Assembly: GCA_963764625.1 (NCBI GenBank)
Contig: CAVXTH010000006.1
Location: 586,029 to 650,028 of the forward strand
DNA: 64,000 nucleotides
Source of the DNA: Candidatus Krumholzibacteriota bacterium
GTDB lineage: Bacteria > Krumholzibacteriota > Krumholzibacteriia > JAJRXK01
Direction: 5' to 3'
Every line of letters starts with the position of its first letter. Within the stretch, counting starts at the first letter, position 1. The position numbers were made by a program, and so were the translations under genes. The notes under the pieces were generated by a model. That model did no database searches. It saw nothing but the letters and a program-made list of their open reading frames with translations, and had not been told where the DNA came from. Positions 46,954 through 56,931 of the stretch are shown piece by piece.

Positions 46954-48011
46954 GTTCGGAACAGACGAAACCGGTGCGGAGGATCGTGGTGACACGGCTG
47001 CGTTACTTGGGCGATGTCGTGTTGAGCACTCCTCTTCTCGCAGCGTTACGCGAAGCCCATCCCGAGGCCACGATCGAATATCTGACTTTGGCGAACTACG
47101 CCGAGGTTCTCTTGCACCACCCCTGCGTGGATCGAATCCACGCCTTACCCAACAAAGCCGGTCCGCTCGCGAGCCTCAAGATGGCGGCGACGCTCGCGTG
47201 GCCGCGCGTCGATTGGTGGTTCGATCTCTTCGGAAATCCGCGAAGCGCTCTGCTGTGTGCCCTGGCGCGACCTCGGCATTCCGTGGGACCAGCCCGAGGG
47301 ATTCGCTCGCGGGTTTTCCAGCACCGTCGCGGTGGGCCGGAACATCCGGTCTCCGCCATCGACCATCACCTCGACAAGGCAGAGCCCTTGCTCGGCCACG
47401 TGGAAGGGCGCCGCGTGCGCTTGGAACTGAGCCCCGAAGAACTCGACGCGATTCAAACCAGGTTTCCGGCGCTGGGCGAGAAGTCGCCCATTCTGCTGCA
47501 TCCGGGAGCTACCTGGCCCAGCAAGGCCTGGCCCGCGGCCAAATGGTCGGCTCTCGTCGAAGCGCTGGAACGTGCCCACCTGGGGCCGGTTTGGATCCTG
47601 TGCGCGAGTGGGGAGGAGGAACTCAGCCACGCCATCGCGGCGCGCGCGAATGCGCAGTGCCGCGTCCTCGCACCGCTGAGTCTGAGACCGCTTATGGCGC
47701 TCATCGCGAGGGCACGAGCGTACGTGGGAAACGATGGTGGCGTGTTGCACTGCGCGGTGGGGCTCTCCACGCCCACCGTCGGTCTCTTCGGCCCCACCGA
47801 GCGCGAGATCTGGTTCCCCCACGAGCGCTTCGGTGGTTGTCGTCTGATCCAGGAGGAAGTCCCCTGCCGGCCCTGTCATCGGCATGAATGCGATCATCTT
47901 TCGTGCCTGCGCGCGCTTCCGGTGTTTCGCGTGGTGGAGAGTCTGCGCGAGCTTCTGCAAGAAGTCGAAGGACCGTCCTTCAGGCGGGGAGGACTGGTGG
48001 CCCATGGCTGA
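46950..48011 (+). CDS. glycosyltransferase family 9 heptosyltransferase
   Basis: RRIVVTRLRYLGDVVLSTPLLAALREAHPEA; C-terminal YVGNDGGVLHCAVGLSTPTVGLFGPT. Confidence 0.75.
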   Translation: MSSEQTKPVRRIVVTRLRYLGDVVLSTPLLAALREAHPEATIEYLTLANYAEVLLHHPCVDRIHALPNKAGPLASLKMAATLAWPRVDWWFDLFGNPRSALLCALARPRHSVGPARGIRSRVFQHRRGGPEHPVSAIDHHLDKAEPLLGHVEGRRVRLELSPEELDAIQTRFPALGEKSPILLHPGATWPSKAWPAAKWSALVEALERAHLGPVWILCASGEEELSHAIAARANAQCRVLAPLSLRPLMALIARARAYVGNDGGVLHCAVGLSTPTVGLFGPTEREIWFPHERFGGCRLIQEEVPCRPCHRHECDHLSCLRALPVFRVVESLRELLQEVEGPSFRRGGLVAHG

Positions 48012-49032
48012 TCCGCGTCACGTACTGATTCTGCGCCGGCGGGCCGTGGGGGATATCATCGTCTCACTTTCCCTGGTGCGCGCTCTTCGCCGCCTTTGGC
48101 CTCAGGCGCGCCTCTCTATGGTGGTGGACCGCATCGCGTCCGAGTTGATCGAGCATTCCGGCGCCGTGGACGAAGTCCTCGTCTATGCACCGCCCTTGGG
48201 AACAGCCGCGCGTCTCGCGCACGACCTGAAGTGGATCGCCAAACTCCGGGCCCAGGACTACGATGTCACGCTCGATCTTCTGGGAACCCCGCAGACGGCT
48301 CAGTGGACGCGGCTCATTGCCTCCCGCGTGCGGGTGGGACGAAGAAGACGGTGGAGGAGTTGGGCCTACAACTACCTGCTCGAGCCATGCCACAGCGGGG
48401 TCCGCTTCGCGGGTGACGAGGTCCTGGATTTCGCGCGGGCTCTGGGGGCTCGGGTGAAGGACTGGGAACCGGCCGCGGTCCTGCCCCCGGACGATGCCGG
48501 GCCGTCGGGAGCTCTCCCGGTCGGAAAGGGCCCTTGGGTGGTGTTGCACGCCCCCGCGAACTGGGAGGCGAAGGCCTGGCCTACGCGGCATTGGGTCGAG
48601 CTGGTGCGAGGGCTCTCCGCCGCCGGGATCGAGCGCATGGAGCTGTCGTGGGGCCCGGGGGAAGAAAAGTGGCGCGATGAGATCATGCGGGAAACCGAAG
48701 GGTTGGTTCAGGCCATGCCACCCACTACTCTGCTGGAACTCGCGCGCCGGCTCTCGCGATGCGATCTACTCGTCTCGATCGATAGCGGTCCGGTTCACCT
48801 GGCGGTAGCGGAAGGAACTCCAACTCTGACCCTCTTCGGCAGCACCGACGAACGAGGATGGCACCATTCCTCATCCATCCATCGTGCGCTCGTGCACGAG
48901 GTGGAATGCCGGCCGTGCGATCTGACGACCTGCCCGGTGCAGGGACATCCCTGCCTCGATTCTCTGCCGCCGGCGCAAGTGTGCACGGCGGCACTCAAAC
49001 TCCTGGCGGAACGGGCGGAGGTTCGGGGATGA
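48004..49032 (+). CDS. glycosyltransferase family 9 heptosyltransferase
   Basis: VLILRRRAVGDIIVSLSLVRALRRLWPQA; C-terminal LVSIDSGPVHLAVAEGTPTLTLFGST. Confidence 0.75.
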   Translation: MADPRHVLILRRRAVGDIIVSLSLVRALRRLWPQARLSMVVDRIASELIEHSGAVDEVLVYAPPLGTAARLAHDLKWIAKLRAQDYDVTLDLLGTPQTAQWTRLIASRVRVGRRRRWRSWAYNYLLEPCHSGVRFAGDEVLDFARALGARVKDWEPAAVLPPDDAGPSGALPVGKGPWVVLHAPANWEAKAWPTRHWVELVRGLSAAGIERMELSWGPGEEKWRDEIMRETEGLVQAMPPTTLLELARRLSRCDLLVSIDSGPVHLAVAEGTPTLTLFGSTDERGWHHSSSIHRALVHEVECRPCDLTTCPVQGHPCLDSLPPAQVCTAALKLLAERAEVRG

Positions 49033-49860
49033 GCTCGATCGGGGCGATCGTGATCACGCGAAACGAGGCACGCAATATCGAGGCGTGCATGCAAGGGCTT
49101 GCCTTTTGTGCGCAACGGGTGATCGTGGATTCGTTCAGTGATGACGAAACGGTGGAGCTCGCCCGCCCCCTCGCTGACAAGATTTATCGACGCACATTCA
49201 CCAGCTGGGGAGAGCAGAAGAACTGGGCGCTCGAGCAACTCGACACCGAGTGGGCGCTCATCGTCGACGCTGACGAGCGCGTGGGAGAAGCGCTGTCCCG
49301 GGAGATCCAGGGGGCCGTAACTTCCGGCGCGAAGGATGCATATTGGATAAGGCGGAAGAATTACTTCTTCGGCCGTTGCATCCGCGGAGCGGGCTGGAAT
49401 CGGGATAGAGTACTGCGGCTCATGCGCTTGCAGGCGGGGCGCTACGACGAACGACGGGTGCACGAGGAAATCCGGCTGCACCCGGGGCGGCGTGCGGGGG
49501 AACTCGAACACCGGCTGGATCATTTCTCCTATGAGGACTGGTCTTCCACTTTCGCCCGGATGTCGGCCTACAGTAGCCGCGGAGCGGCGGACGCACTGGC
49601 GGCGGGACAGCGCGCCACGATCTGGCGCCTGATCTCTCGCGCCCAGTGTGCGGTTCTGGAGGCAGTATCTCCTGCAGGGAGGCTTTCGGGACGGAGTGCA
49701 CGGTCTGGTTCTCTGCGGGCTTGGCGCCTCTCAGCTTTTCTTGAAGCTGGCCAAGATGCGTTTGGGCGAGCTTCCCATGACCGCCGAGGACAATGGCGCG
49801 GGAGAAGTGGAAATCGTGCAAGGTCCCGCCCCGCGAGAGAGCGAGAAGGAGAACGAGTGA
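49029..49860 (+). pseudogene. GT2 LPS-core glycosyltransferase (WaaE/KdtX-like), interrupted by a frameshift near 49640-49660. The N-terminal part lies in the 49029 frame; the C-terminal 70 codons lie in the 49648-49860 frame
   Basis: GT2 N-terminus IVITRNEARNIEACMQGL...VIVDSFSDDET...DADER; the conserved C-terminal amphipathic tail (RFWRQYLLQGGFRDGVHGLVLC...KLAKM) is out of frame. Confidence 0.6.
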
Positions 49861-49871
49861 GGCTCAGGTTC

Positions 49872-50639
49872 ATGGCACGACGCACCTTCGTGGTGGCTCC
49901 CCTTCTCCTTGTGGCACTGAGCTTCGGTGCCCCCGGAAGATCGTACGCCTCGCCCGGTTTCGGAGCGGGAGAGGAAGCTGAGTTCAAGATCAGTTACGGA
50001 GTCATCAGCGCGGGAGAGGGGACTCTCTCCGTCCTGCCGTTTCTGGACTACGACGGATCGCACTGTTATCACTTTCGGTCGCGCGCCCGCAGCAATCGCT
50101 TCTTCAGCGCCATCTTTCGCGTCCGGGACCAGGCCGACTCGTTCATGGATGCCGACTCTCTCGTCACGCGCTACTTCAACAAGCATCTACGCGAGGGCAG
50201 TTTTCGGCGCGACGTGGAGATTCATTTCGATCAGAAGGCGAGGAAGGCGTATTTCCCGGACGGAACGGTCGACGAGATCCGCCCGAATACCCAGGACGTT
50301 CTCTCGGCCTTCTTCAAAGTGCGCGCGATGAAGCTCGAAGTTGGAATGGAGTTCGACGTGCCCACTCACGGCGACAAGGAGATGTATCCGCTGAAAGTGA
50401 AAGTGCTTCGCCGCGAATCAGTGGAGAACGAAGCTCTGGGGGCTGTGGATTGCATCGTGGTGCAACCGTTCCTGGATGACGACGGCCTCTTCAAACACGA
50501 GGGTGATCTCTTGTTGTGGATGAGCGATGATGAGAGGCACATTCCAGTGAAGATGCGGGCCAACGTTCCGGTGGGAGCGATCGAAGCGGACCTGATTCGG
50601 TACACGCCTCCGGACGCCCCGCCGTCGAGTGGGAACTAA
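49872..50639 (+). CDS. DUF3108-like secreted protein
   Basis: Signal peptide MARRTFVVAPLLLVALSFGAPGRSYA; 255 aa; ATG in frame inside the long 48858-50639 ORF, downstream of the GT2 stop. Confidence 0.55.
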   Translation: MARRTFVVAPLLLVALSFGAPGRSYASPGFGAGEEAEFKISYGVISAGEGTLSVLPFLDYDGSHCYHFRSRARSNRFFSAIFRVRDQADSFMDADSLVTRYFNKHLREGSFRRDVEIHFDQKARKAYFPDGTVDEIRPNTQDVLSAFFKVRAMKLEVGMEFDVPTHGDKEMYPLKVKVLRRESVENEALGAVDCIVVQPFLDDDGLFKHEGDLLLWMSDDERHIPVKMRANVPVGAIEADLIRYTPPDAPPSSGN

Positions 50640-51924
50640 CGTGCGCGAGCGATCCTGTGAGGTCCTCATTTTCGGTGGTGGGTGCGCGGGCCTCTGGATT
50701 CTGGAGAGGCTCGTGCAAGCGGGGTACGATGCCCTTTTGCTCGAGTCAACCGCTCTGGGCGCGGGGCAGAGTATCCAGGCGCAGGGCATCATTCACGGCG
50801 GGGGCAAGTACGCCCTACGCGGGGTGCATGACTTCGAAGCGGTCAAGGCGATCCGCGAGATGCCGGAATGCTGGCGACGTCATTTGCGCGGCGAGGAAGA
50901 ACCCGATCTCTCGGCCGCCCGCGTTCTCTCCGAATCCTGTCTCCTCTGGGTCCCCAGGGCCGGCTGGTGGTCGCGTTTGAGCGCCTACGCGTTCCTCCCG
51001 GTGGTCAAGAAGGCGGGCCTTCTCCATGCCGGCCCCATGAAGCTGGAGAGTAAAGAATGGCCACAGGCACTCCGCGGGTCGGCTCGGGTGGTCTATTCGA
51101 TGGCGGAACCGGTGCTTGCCACCGGTTCGCTCCTGGCCGCCCTGGCGGCCCGCCATCCCCAGCGATTGCTCCGCTATGCGCCGGGGGCGGAGCTCAGACA
51201 CTTGAGAATTGATCTGAAGGCAAATTGCCAACACATTATCACAATTGAAGATCCAGAGATAGAGGAACCCCTGCGGCTGCGGACGCGCGCCGTCGTCTAC
51301 GCGGCGGGTGCTGGCAATGAGGCCCTCGTGAGACGATCGGCGGCGGGGGACGTACCCATGCAGAGACGCCCGCTGCGTATGATGATGCTGCGCGGGCCGC
51401 TTCCCACGCTGTACGGACACATGATTTCAGGGGGCAAGACGGCGATGACCGTGACCACCCATCCACTGGCGAAGGTGGACCGGCCAGGTGAGAGCGCAGA
51501 GCAGGTCTGGCAGGTGGGGGGGGAACTGGCGGAGCGGTTCGCCGAGCGGGGCGAGAGCGAGGAGCTGAGGGTCGAGTTCCGGCGTCACCTGTCCCGGTTC
51601 TTGCCAGGGTTGGACTTCTCGCGGGTGTCCATGGCGAGCTATTCCGCAGTCCGAGCGGAATCGAGGTCCCGCGATTTGCGGCGACCCAGCGGGGTTCAGG
51701 TGAAGAGGCTGGGGCCGCGCGCGCTGGTGACCTGGCCTACCAAGATGGCTCTGGCTCCGGTCCTCGCGCGCGAAGTCACCGCTGAAGTGAACCGGGACCT
51801 CGGCCCGCCGGCGCGGGAAGAACACGCAGCGCCGCAGCGGGGCCCGGAGGTCCCGTGGCCTCGACCCGAACTGGCCAAGTATCCCTGGGAAGAGGGAGAG
51901 CTGACGTGGCGCCCCGTGCTCTAG
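50629..51924 (+). CDS. FAD/NAD(P)-binding oxidoreductase
   Basis: N-terminal Rossmann dinucleotide motif EVLIFGGGCAGLWILERL; 431 aa. Confidence 0.55.
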   Translation: MGTNVRERSCEVLIFGGGCAGLWILERLVQAGYDALLLESTALGAGQSIQAQGIIHGGGKYALRGVHDFEAVKAIREMPECWRRHLRGEEEPDLSAARVLSESCLLWVPRAGWWSRLSAYAFLPVVKKAGLLHAGPMKLESKEWPQALRGSARVVYSMAEPVLATGSLLAALAARHPQRLLRYAPGAELRHLRIDLKANCQHIITIEDPEIEEPLRLRTRAVVYAAGAGNEALVRRSAAGDVPMQRRPLRMMMLRGPLPTLYGHMISGGKTAMTVTTHPLAKVDRPGESAEQVWQVGGELAERFAERGESEELRVEFRRHLSRFLPGLDFSRVSMASYSAVRAESRSRDLRRPSGVQVKRLGPRALVTWPTKMALAPVLAREVTAEVNRDLGPPAREEHAAPQRGPEVPWPRPELAKYPWEEGELTWRPVL

Positions 51925-51935
51925 GAAGCACCGGA

Positions 51936-52697
51936 ATGAGTGTCGGCAGAGTGGGCCTGGGCACGGTCAAACTCGGTCGCAACTCCGGGGTGAAGTACCC
52001 CGAGGCCTTCGAGCTTCCGAGCGAGACTGAGGTGCGAGAATTCCTCGAGACATCGTGGGGGCTGGGGGTCCGTCTCTACGACACCGCCCCCGCCTACGGA
52101 AGCAGCGAAGAGCGCCTGGCGCCCTTCGTGGCGCGACACCGGAAGGAGATGATTCTCTGCACGAAGTGCGGAGAGGAGTTCGGGGCAGGCGGCTCGCGCT
52201 ACGACTACTCAGGTCATTTCTTGCGCGCTTCGGTGGAAGCGAGTCTTCGCCGGCTGGGCACCGAGTATCTCGATATTCTCCTCATTCACTCCAACGGGGA
52301 TGATCGGCACATCCTGAACGAAACGGACGCAGTCGAGACGCTGTCGCAGTTGAAACGAGAGGGGAAGACCCGCGCCATCGGGATCTCGGCGAAGACTCCC
52401 GAGGGGATTCGCGGAGCCGCGGGTTCTCTAGATGTAGTCATGGCGCCCTATAGTCTCGCAAGGCCGCACTTGGCCGAGCCGCTGGAAGAAGTCCATGCCC
52501 AGGGCGTGGGCGTTCTTTCGATCAAGGGACTGCAGAGCGGTCATCTCGCCGTCGAGAGTGCGGATTTGGCGGAAGAAGCTCTGCGACACGTCTTTTCGCG
52601 GAGCTTTCTCGATGTGCTGATCCTCGGTACAATCAAGAGTGATCACCTGGCGCAGGCGGTGACGCTGGCCCGCGCTCTCGACGATTCCGGTCGGTGA
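51936..52697 (+). CDS. aldo/keto reductase
   Basis: AKR motifs (LYDTAPAYGSSEERL; ILLIHSNGDD); AGGAAG RBS. Confidence 0.7.
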   Translation: MSVGRVGLGTVKLGRNSGVKYPEAFELPSETEVREFLETSWGLGVRLYDTAPAYGSSEERLAPFVARHRKEMILCTKCGEEFGAGGSRYDYSGHFLRASVEASLRRLGTEYLDILLIHSNGDDRHILNETDAVETLSQLKREGKTRAIGISAKTPEGIRGAAGSLDVVMAPYSLARPHLAEPLEEVHAQGVGVLSIKGLQSGHLAVESADLAEEALRHVFSRSFLDVLILGTIKSDHLAQAVTLARALDDSGR

Positions 52698-52698
52698 G

Positions 52699-54255
52699 AT
52701 GAACCACGAGATGAACCTCTTTCCCAATGCCCCAGCTCGCCCGAGCCTGAGCGAGGAGCGCCTTGCCATGGCCCTCTTCCTCATCTTTCTGTTGGGCCTG
52801 CTGCTGAGGCTCTTTGGACTCTCGCATCAAAGCCTCTGGATCGACGAGATGATCACGCTGCGCCAGGGCCTGATTCCGGGGCACGGACTCTGGGAACAGT
52901 TCCTGGATGACTATCACAATCCCCTTCCCATGCTGGTCATCACCCAGCTCGCCCACCTGAGCCACTCGGAAACGGTGCTGCGTTTTCCCGGCGCGGTATT
53001 GGGAGCCTTGAGCGTGCCGCTGATCTTCTTGCTCGGACGGCGTCTCGCGGGCGCGCGAACCGGGCTCTTCGCCGCACTCCTCTTGGCGGTGAGTCCGTTC
53101 CATCTCTTCCACTCGCAGGAGCTTCGCGGGTATGCGTGGATGATCTTCTTCGGACTGGCCACCACCCTGGTTGCGGTGAACGTTCGGAGGCGTTTGAGCT
53201 GGCCGCGCGCGCTTCTTCTCGCGCTCCTGGGCATCGCCACCACTCTGTGCAATCTCGAGGGTCTGTTCTGGATGGGCAGTCTGGCGTTGGCCTGTCTTGC
53301 CGCCGGCCTGGTGAAACGCCGCGATCTGAAGACCTGGGGGGTGGCCTTCGGACTCATCGTCTTGGTCACTGCACCGTGGTGGACCGGAACCCTGCACACG
53401 CATCACGAGGAGAGACTTCTGCCGGGGGAACAGACGGGAGTTCCCATGCGCGGGAGCACCACTCTGGGGAAATGGGCGATTCCCTACACCGGCTTCGTAC
53501 TCGCGATGGGAAATACCTTGGGCCCGACACCGCTCGAGCTTCACGCCGAGAGCGAGAGCACGATCGAAGGAAAGCTCGGTCTCGCGCGGAGGCATTGGCC
53601 CGCGGTGGCGGGTGTGGCCGGACTCGTTCTCGTGCTCGGTCTCAGCGGGATTCTCGCTCTGCGTTCGCGCGCCGGCCTTCTTCTGTTGTGGGTGATCGTG
53701 CCGGTCACAATCGCAATTTGGCTGGCGGCGAGAAACGTGAAGCCTCTGAACCCTCGCTACTGCATCGCTGCGCTGCCGGCCCTCATGCTGCTGTTCGCGG
53801 CGGGTCTGGATGCCCTGCCGAGAAAGACCGCCCTCATGGTGCTCATTGCGTGGCTCGCATTCTGCGGGGTGGCAGACTACCGCTACCACTTCATGCCCGA
53901 ATACCAGCGGGAAGACGTACGGGGAGCCGTGCGATTGGTGGAAGAACGTGAAGGGCCCGACGACTTCATCATCGCCCCGACTGTTTTCGGGGTGTTTCAG
54001 TGGTATTATCGAGGGAGGAATCCAGTCGAATCCTACTGGTGGTCCAAAGTGGATACCTCTCTCGCCGATGTTACGCGCCGCCTGGATCTCCTGGATCCCG
54101 GACGCAAGTTCGCCTGGTACGTTCGCTGCCGCCCCTGGCACGATGACCCCAACGGTTGGCTGCTCGGGGCGTTCGAGGAAAACTGGCGCTACCGCGCCCT
54201 GTTTCAATTGCCCGGGGTCGAGGTCTATCTCTTCGAGCGCAGAGGAGCGCACTGA
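52699..54255 (+). CDS. GT-C family glycosyltransferase (ArnT/PMT_2-like; polyprenyl-phospho-sugar dependent)
   Basis: 518 aa; about 11 predicted TM helices; N-terminal PMT_2/ArnT-like region (SLWIDEMITLRQG...FHLFHSQELRGYAWMIFF). Confidence 0.65.
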   Translation: MNHEMNLFPNAPARPSLSEERLAMALFLIFLLGLLLRLFGLSHQSLWIDEMITLRQGLIPGHGLWEQFLDDYHNPLPMLVITQLAHLSHSETVLRFPGAVLGALSVPLIFLLGRRLAGARTGLFAALLLAVSPFHLFHSQELRGYAWMIFFGLATTLVAVNVRRRLSWPRALLLALLGIATTLCNLEGLFWMGSLALACLAAGLVKRRDLKTWGVAFGLIVLVTAPWWTGTLHTHHEERLLPGEQTGVPMRGSTTLGKWAIPYTGFVLAMGNTLGPTPLELHAESESTIEGKLGLARRHWPAVAGVAGLVLVLGLSGILALRSRAGLLLLWVIVPVTIAIWLAARNVKPLNPRYCIAALPALMLLFAAGLDALPRKTALMVLIAWLAFCGVADYRYHFMPEYQREDVRGAVRLVEEREGPDDFIIAPTVFGVFQWYYRGRNPVESYWWSKVDTSLADVTRRLDLLDPGRKFAWYVRCRPWHDDPNGWLLGAFEENWRYRALFQLPGVEVYLFERRGAH

Positions 54256-54899
54256 TGGTGGCCCGCGCTCTCGGCGCCGAGTTGGCCAAGACGCACTGGT
54301 TCTATGAACCGGTCAAACGGCTCTTCGACCTCGTTGCCGCCACCCTGGGCCTGATCTTTTTCCTGCCCCAAGTTCCTTTCCTCGCTCTACTGGTGAAACT
54401 GGAATCACCGGGTCCCTTTCTGTTCCGGCAGGAGCGGGTGGGCAAGGGCGGCCGGCATTTCTTCTGCTTCAAGATCCGTTCGATGGTGGTCAACGCCGAG
54501 GCGCTCAAGCAGAGTTTGTCGCATCTCAACGAGGCCGACGGGGCCGCATTCAAGATCCGTCAAGATCCGCGCATCACTCGCGTGGGACAGTTCGTACGGC
54601 GTTCGTCGCTCGACGAATTCCCCCAGCTTCTCAATGTCCTGCGCGGGGAGATGTCCATCGTGGGCCCGCGCCCTCAGGTTCCCGAGGAAGTGGCCCAGTA
54701 CCGCCCGGAGCATCGAGCGCGTCTGGAAGTAAAACCGGGCCTCACCTGTCTCTGGCAGGTCAGCGGACGCAACGATCTCGATTTTGAGGAGTGGATGCGC
54801 ATGGACCGCGAATACGTGCGGAGGCGGGGACTGAAACTGGATCTGTGGATCCTCCTGCACACCCTTCCCGCCGTGATCGCGCGCAAGGGCGCGTATTGA
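54255..54899 (+). CDS. polyprenyl-phosphate sugar-1-phosphate transferase (small PglC/WbaP-C-like bacterial sugar transferase)
   Basis: PF02397 signature (LDEFPQLLNVLRGEMSIVGPRP ... PGLTCLWQVSGRN); single N-terminal TM. Confidence 0.8.
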   Translation: MVARALGAELAKTHWFYEPVKRLFDLVAATLGLIFFLPQVPFLALLVKLESPGPFLFRQERVGKGGRHFFCFKIRSMVVNAEALKQSLSHLNEADGAAFKIRQDPRITRVGQFVRRSSLDEFPQLLNVLRGEMSIVGPRPQVPEEVAQYRPEHRARLEVKPGLTCLWQVSGRNDLDFEEWMRMDREYVRRRGLKLDLWILLHTLPAVIARKGAY

Positions 54900-54947
54900 G
54901 ATGGTTCGAGGGCAAGTTCTGAACTCACCACCAAGGCCGTCTCCCTC

Positions 54948-55865
54948 ATGAGCGATGCCACTTTCGCTTCCGGACGTCTCTCGACCTGGCTGCGCTTCAC
55001 GCGGCCCTTCACCCTTTGGCCCCCGGGCCTGGGAATGATCAGCGGTGGATTGACCGCCATGGGCGCCTATCCGCGCGAGAGCTTCAGCGGGGACATTCTG
55101 GTCAAGCTCGTCCTGGGCGCCGTGATGGCCGCGGTCCTCAACGCGGCCAGCAACGGGATCAATCAGATCTACGACCTCAAAGTCGACCGGGTGAACAAGC
55201 CGGAGAGAGCGCTGGTGACCGGAGCGATGAGCGTAGGGGAGGCCAAGATCCTCTCGGCCGTTCTGTACCTCGTGGCAATGATCCTGGCGGCGCTGATCAA
55301 CATCGAGTGCTTGCTCTTGGCCGCGGTCGCGGCGGTGTTGACCTGGGTGTATTCCGCGCCTCCCTTGCGCAGCAAGCGACACGGCTGGTGGGCCAACCTG
55401 ACCATCGCGGTTCCCCGTGGGCTCTTGCTCAAGGTGTGCGGTTGGGCCTCGGTGAAAACCTTCATGGCCTTCGAACCGTGGTACATAGGGTCTATCTTCT
55501 TTCTCTTTCTGCTGGGAGCCTCCAGTACAAAGGATTTCGCGGATATGGAAGGAGATCGCCTGGGCGGGTGCGAAACGCTTCCTCTTCGCTACGGAGTTCA
55601 TCGCGCGGCCTGGATGATCGCACCTTCCTTCGTGCTTCCGTTCATCATGCTCCCGCTGGGCACCGAGCTTGGAATTCTTACCGGCAATCCCCTTCTGCTG
55701 AATCTGTTGGGACTGGGTCTGGCGGCCTGGGGCTGTTATACGGTGTATCTTCTAGTACGGCGTCCCGATGAGCTCGCGACCACCGAGAATCATCCTTCCT
55801 GGACCCACATGTACCTCATGATGATGGCGCTGCAGGTGGGCTTCGCCATCTCGTACCTGTTCTGA
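54948..55865 (+). CDS. UbiA-family prenyltransferase / polyprenyl-phosphate phosphoribosyltransferase-like
   Basis: Asp-rich motifs NQIYDLKVDRVNKPERAL and KDFADMEGD; about 8 TM; 305 aa. Confidence 0.7.
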   Translation: MSDATFASGRLSTWLRFTRPFTLWPPGLGMISGGLTAMGAYPRESFSGDILVKLVLGAVMAAVLNAASNGINQIYDLKVDRVNKPERALVTGAMSVGEAKILSAVLYLVAMILAALINIECLLLAAVAAVLTWVYSAPPLRSKRHGWWANLTIAVPRGLLLKVCGWASVKTFMAFEPWYIGSIFFLFLLGASSTKDFADMEGDRLGGCETLPLRYGVHRAAWMIAPSFVLPFIMLPLGTELGILTGNPLLLNLLGLGLAAWGCYTVYLLVRRPDELATTENHPSWTHMYLMMMALQVGFAISYLF

Positions 55866-55879
55866 ACGAGGGGAGAGTC

Positions 55880-56263
55880 GTGATCGTCGGCCTGGGAATC
55901 GACCTCTGCGAAGTGAGACGCCTGCGCGATCTGGAAGAACGCTATGGCGAGCGATTCCTGCGCCGCATCTTCACGGACAAAGAGCGGGACCGCTGCGCGG
56001 GACGGCGCCACCACGAATGCCTCGCCGGACGGTTCGCGGCCAAAGAAGCGGCGCTGAAGGCCCTGGGCACCGGACTCTCGCAGGGCATCGCCTGGCGTGA
56101 CGTCGAGTTGACGCGGGGGGAATACCAAGCTCCCACCATCCTCTTTCATCGGCGGGCCCGCGAGATCTTCGAGCGTCTGGGGGGGAAGCGGGTGCAGGTT
56201 TCGATCACGCACGACGGAGGCAACGCGGCCGCAGTCGTGATTCTCGAAGGAGAGAGCTCATGA
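55880..56263 (+). CDS. acpS: holo-[acyl-carrier-protein] synthase
   Basis: IVGLGIDLCEVRRL...FAAKEAALKALG ACPS motifs; 127 aa. Confidence 0.85.
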   Translation: MIVGLGIDLCEVRRLRDLEERYGERFLRRIFTDKERDRCAGRRHHECLAGRFAAKEAALKALGTGLSQGIAWRDVELTRGEYQAPTILFHRRAREIFERLGGKRVQVSITHDGGNAAAVVILEGESS

Positions 56264-56931
56264 ATCGAGACTCTCTGGCTCTCCTGGTCTCGGGGGCCTG
56301 GCTGCTGGTGGTCCTGGTCATCGCCGAGCTCGCGCGGCGGAGAGGCATGGCGCGGGTGGACACGCGGCGCCTGGTTCACGTGGCCATCGCGAGCTGGATC
56401 GTTCCCACCTTCTTGCTCTACGAGAGCTGGCCGTGGGCCGCTGCGCCGGCCTTCGCCTTCGTGATCGTCAACGCCCTGAGTCTCCGCTTCGATCTCATCA
56501 AGAGCGTGGAAATCCGCGAGCGGAGCCTGGGGACGGTATTCTTTCCCCTCAGCGTGGGCATCCTGACCATCTTGGGCTGGCACGATCCCTGGCGGCCAGT
56601 GGCCGCGGCCGGAGTGTTGAGCATGGGGTGGGGAGACGCTTCGGCCTCGTTCGTGGGCCGCCGTTGGGGTCGTCGTCTCTACCATGTCGCCGGTCACCAA
56701 AGGAGCGTGGAGGGTTCTCTGACCATGCTCGTGATCAGTTGGCTGGCTGTGCTCGTGGCGGGCGCTCTCTTGGGGAGGGGAGTCGATCCCGGTTGGGCCG
56801 AGGCGGGCCTGCTCGCGGCCCTGGTGGCCACCGTGCTCGAAGGAATCTCGTTGTTCGGCGCGGACAATCTTCTGGTGCCCCTGTCCACCTCCGCCATGCT
56901 GGCCCTCATGCACGGGAGGCTGTGGGTGTGA
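56260..56931 (+). CDS. CTP-dependent polyprenol kinase-like membrane protein (dolichol kinase / phytol kinase VTE5 / CdsA superfamily)
   Basis: 6-7 TM; C-terminal GWGDASASFVGRRWG matches the GDxxAxxxGxxxG motif of the CTP-dependent kinase family. Confidence 0.55.
   Translation: MNRDSLALLVSGAWLLVVLVIAELARRRGMARVDTRRLVHVAIASWIVPTFLLYESWPWAAAPAFAFVIVNALSLRFDLIKSVEIRERSLGTVFFPLSVGILTILGWHDPWRPVAAAGVLSMGWGDASASFVGRRWGRRLYHVAGHQRSVEGSLTMLVISWLAVLVAGALLGRGVDPGWAEAGLLAALVATVLEGISLFGADNLLVPLSTSAMLALMHGRLWV

Noticed and set aside
48858-50639. Single 593-aa protein spanning the GT2 and DUF3108 regions as given in the ORF track
   Set aside because: The middle roughly 110 residues (SARSGSLRAWRLSAFLEAGQDAFGRASHDRRGQWRGRSGNRARSRPAREREGERV) are compositionally aberrant. 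The true GT2 C-terminus is found in the 49648-49860 frame. A signal-peptide-bearing start (MARRTFVVAPLLLVAL) at 49872 initiates an independent DUF3108 gene
50570-50645. Apparent extra nucleotide in the printed sequence relative to the ORF track (gcgaatcg where the track protein VGAIEADL requires gcgatcg), and a similar case at about 54236-54242 (gagcgccagagg versus FERRGAH)
   Set aside because: Both fall at line breaks of the printed sequence, and downstream track coordinates re-synchronise with my reading (for example 51855, 51924, 54948). I treat them as reading or formatting artefacts rather than biology, and used ORF-track coordinates, accepting +/-1 nt uncertainty locally
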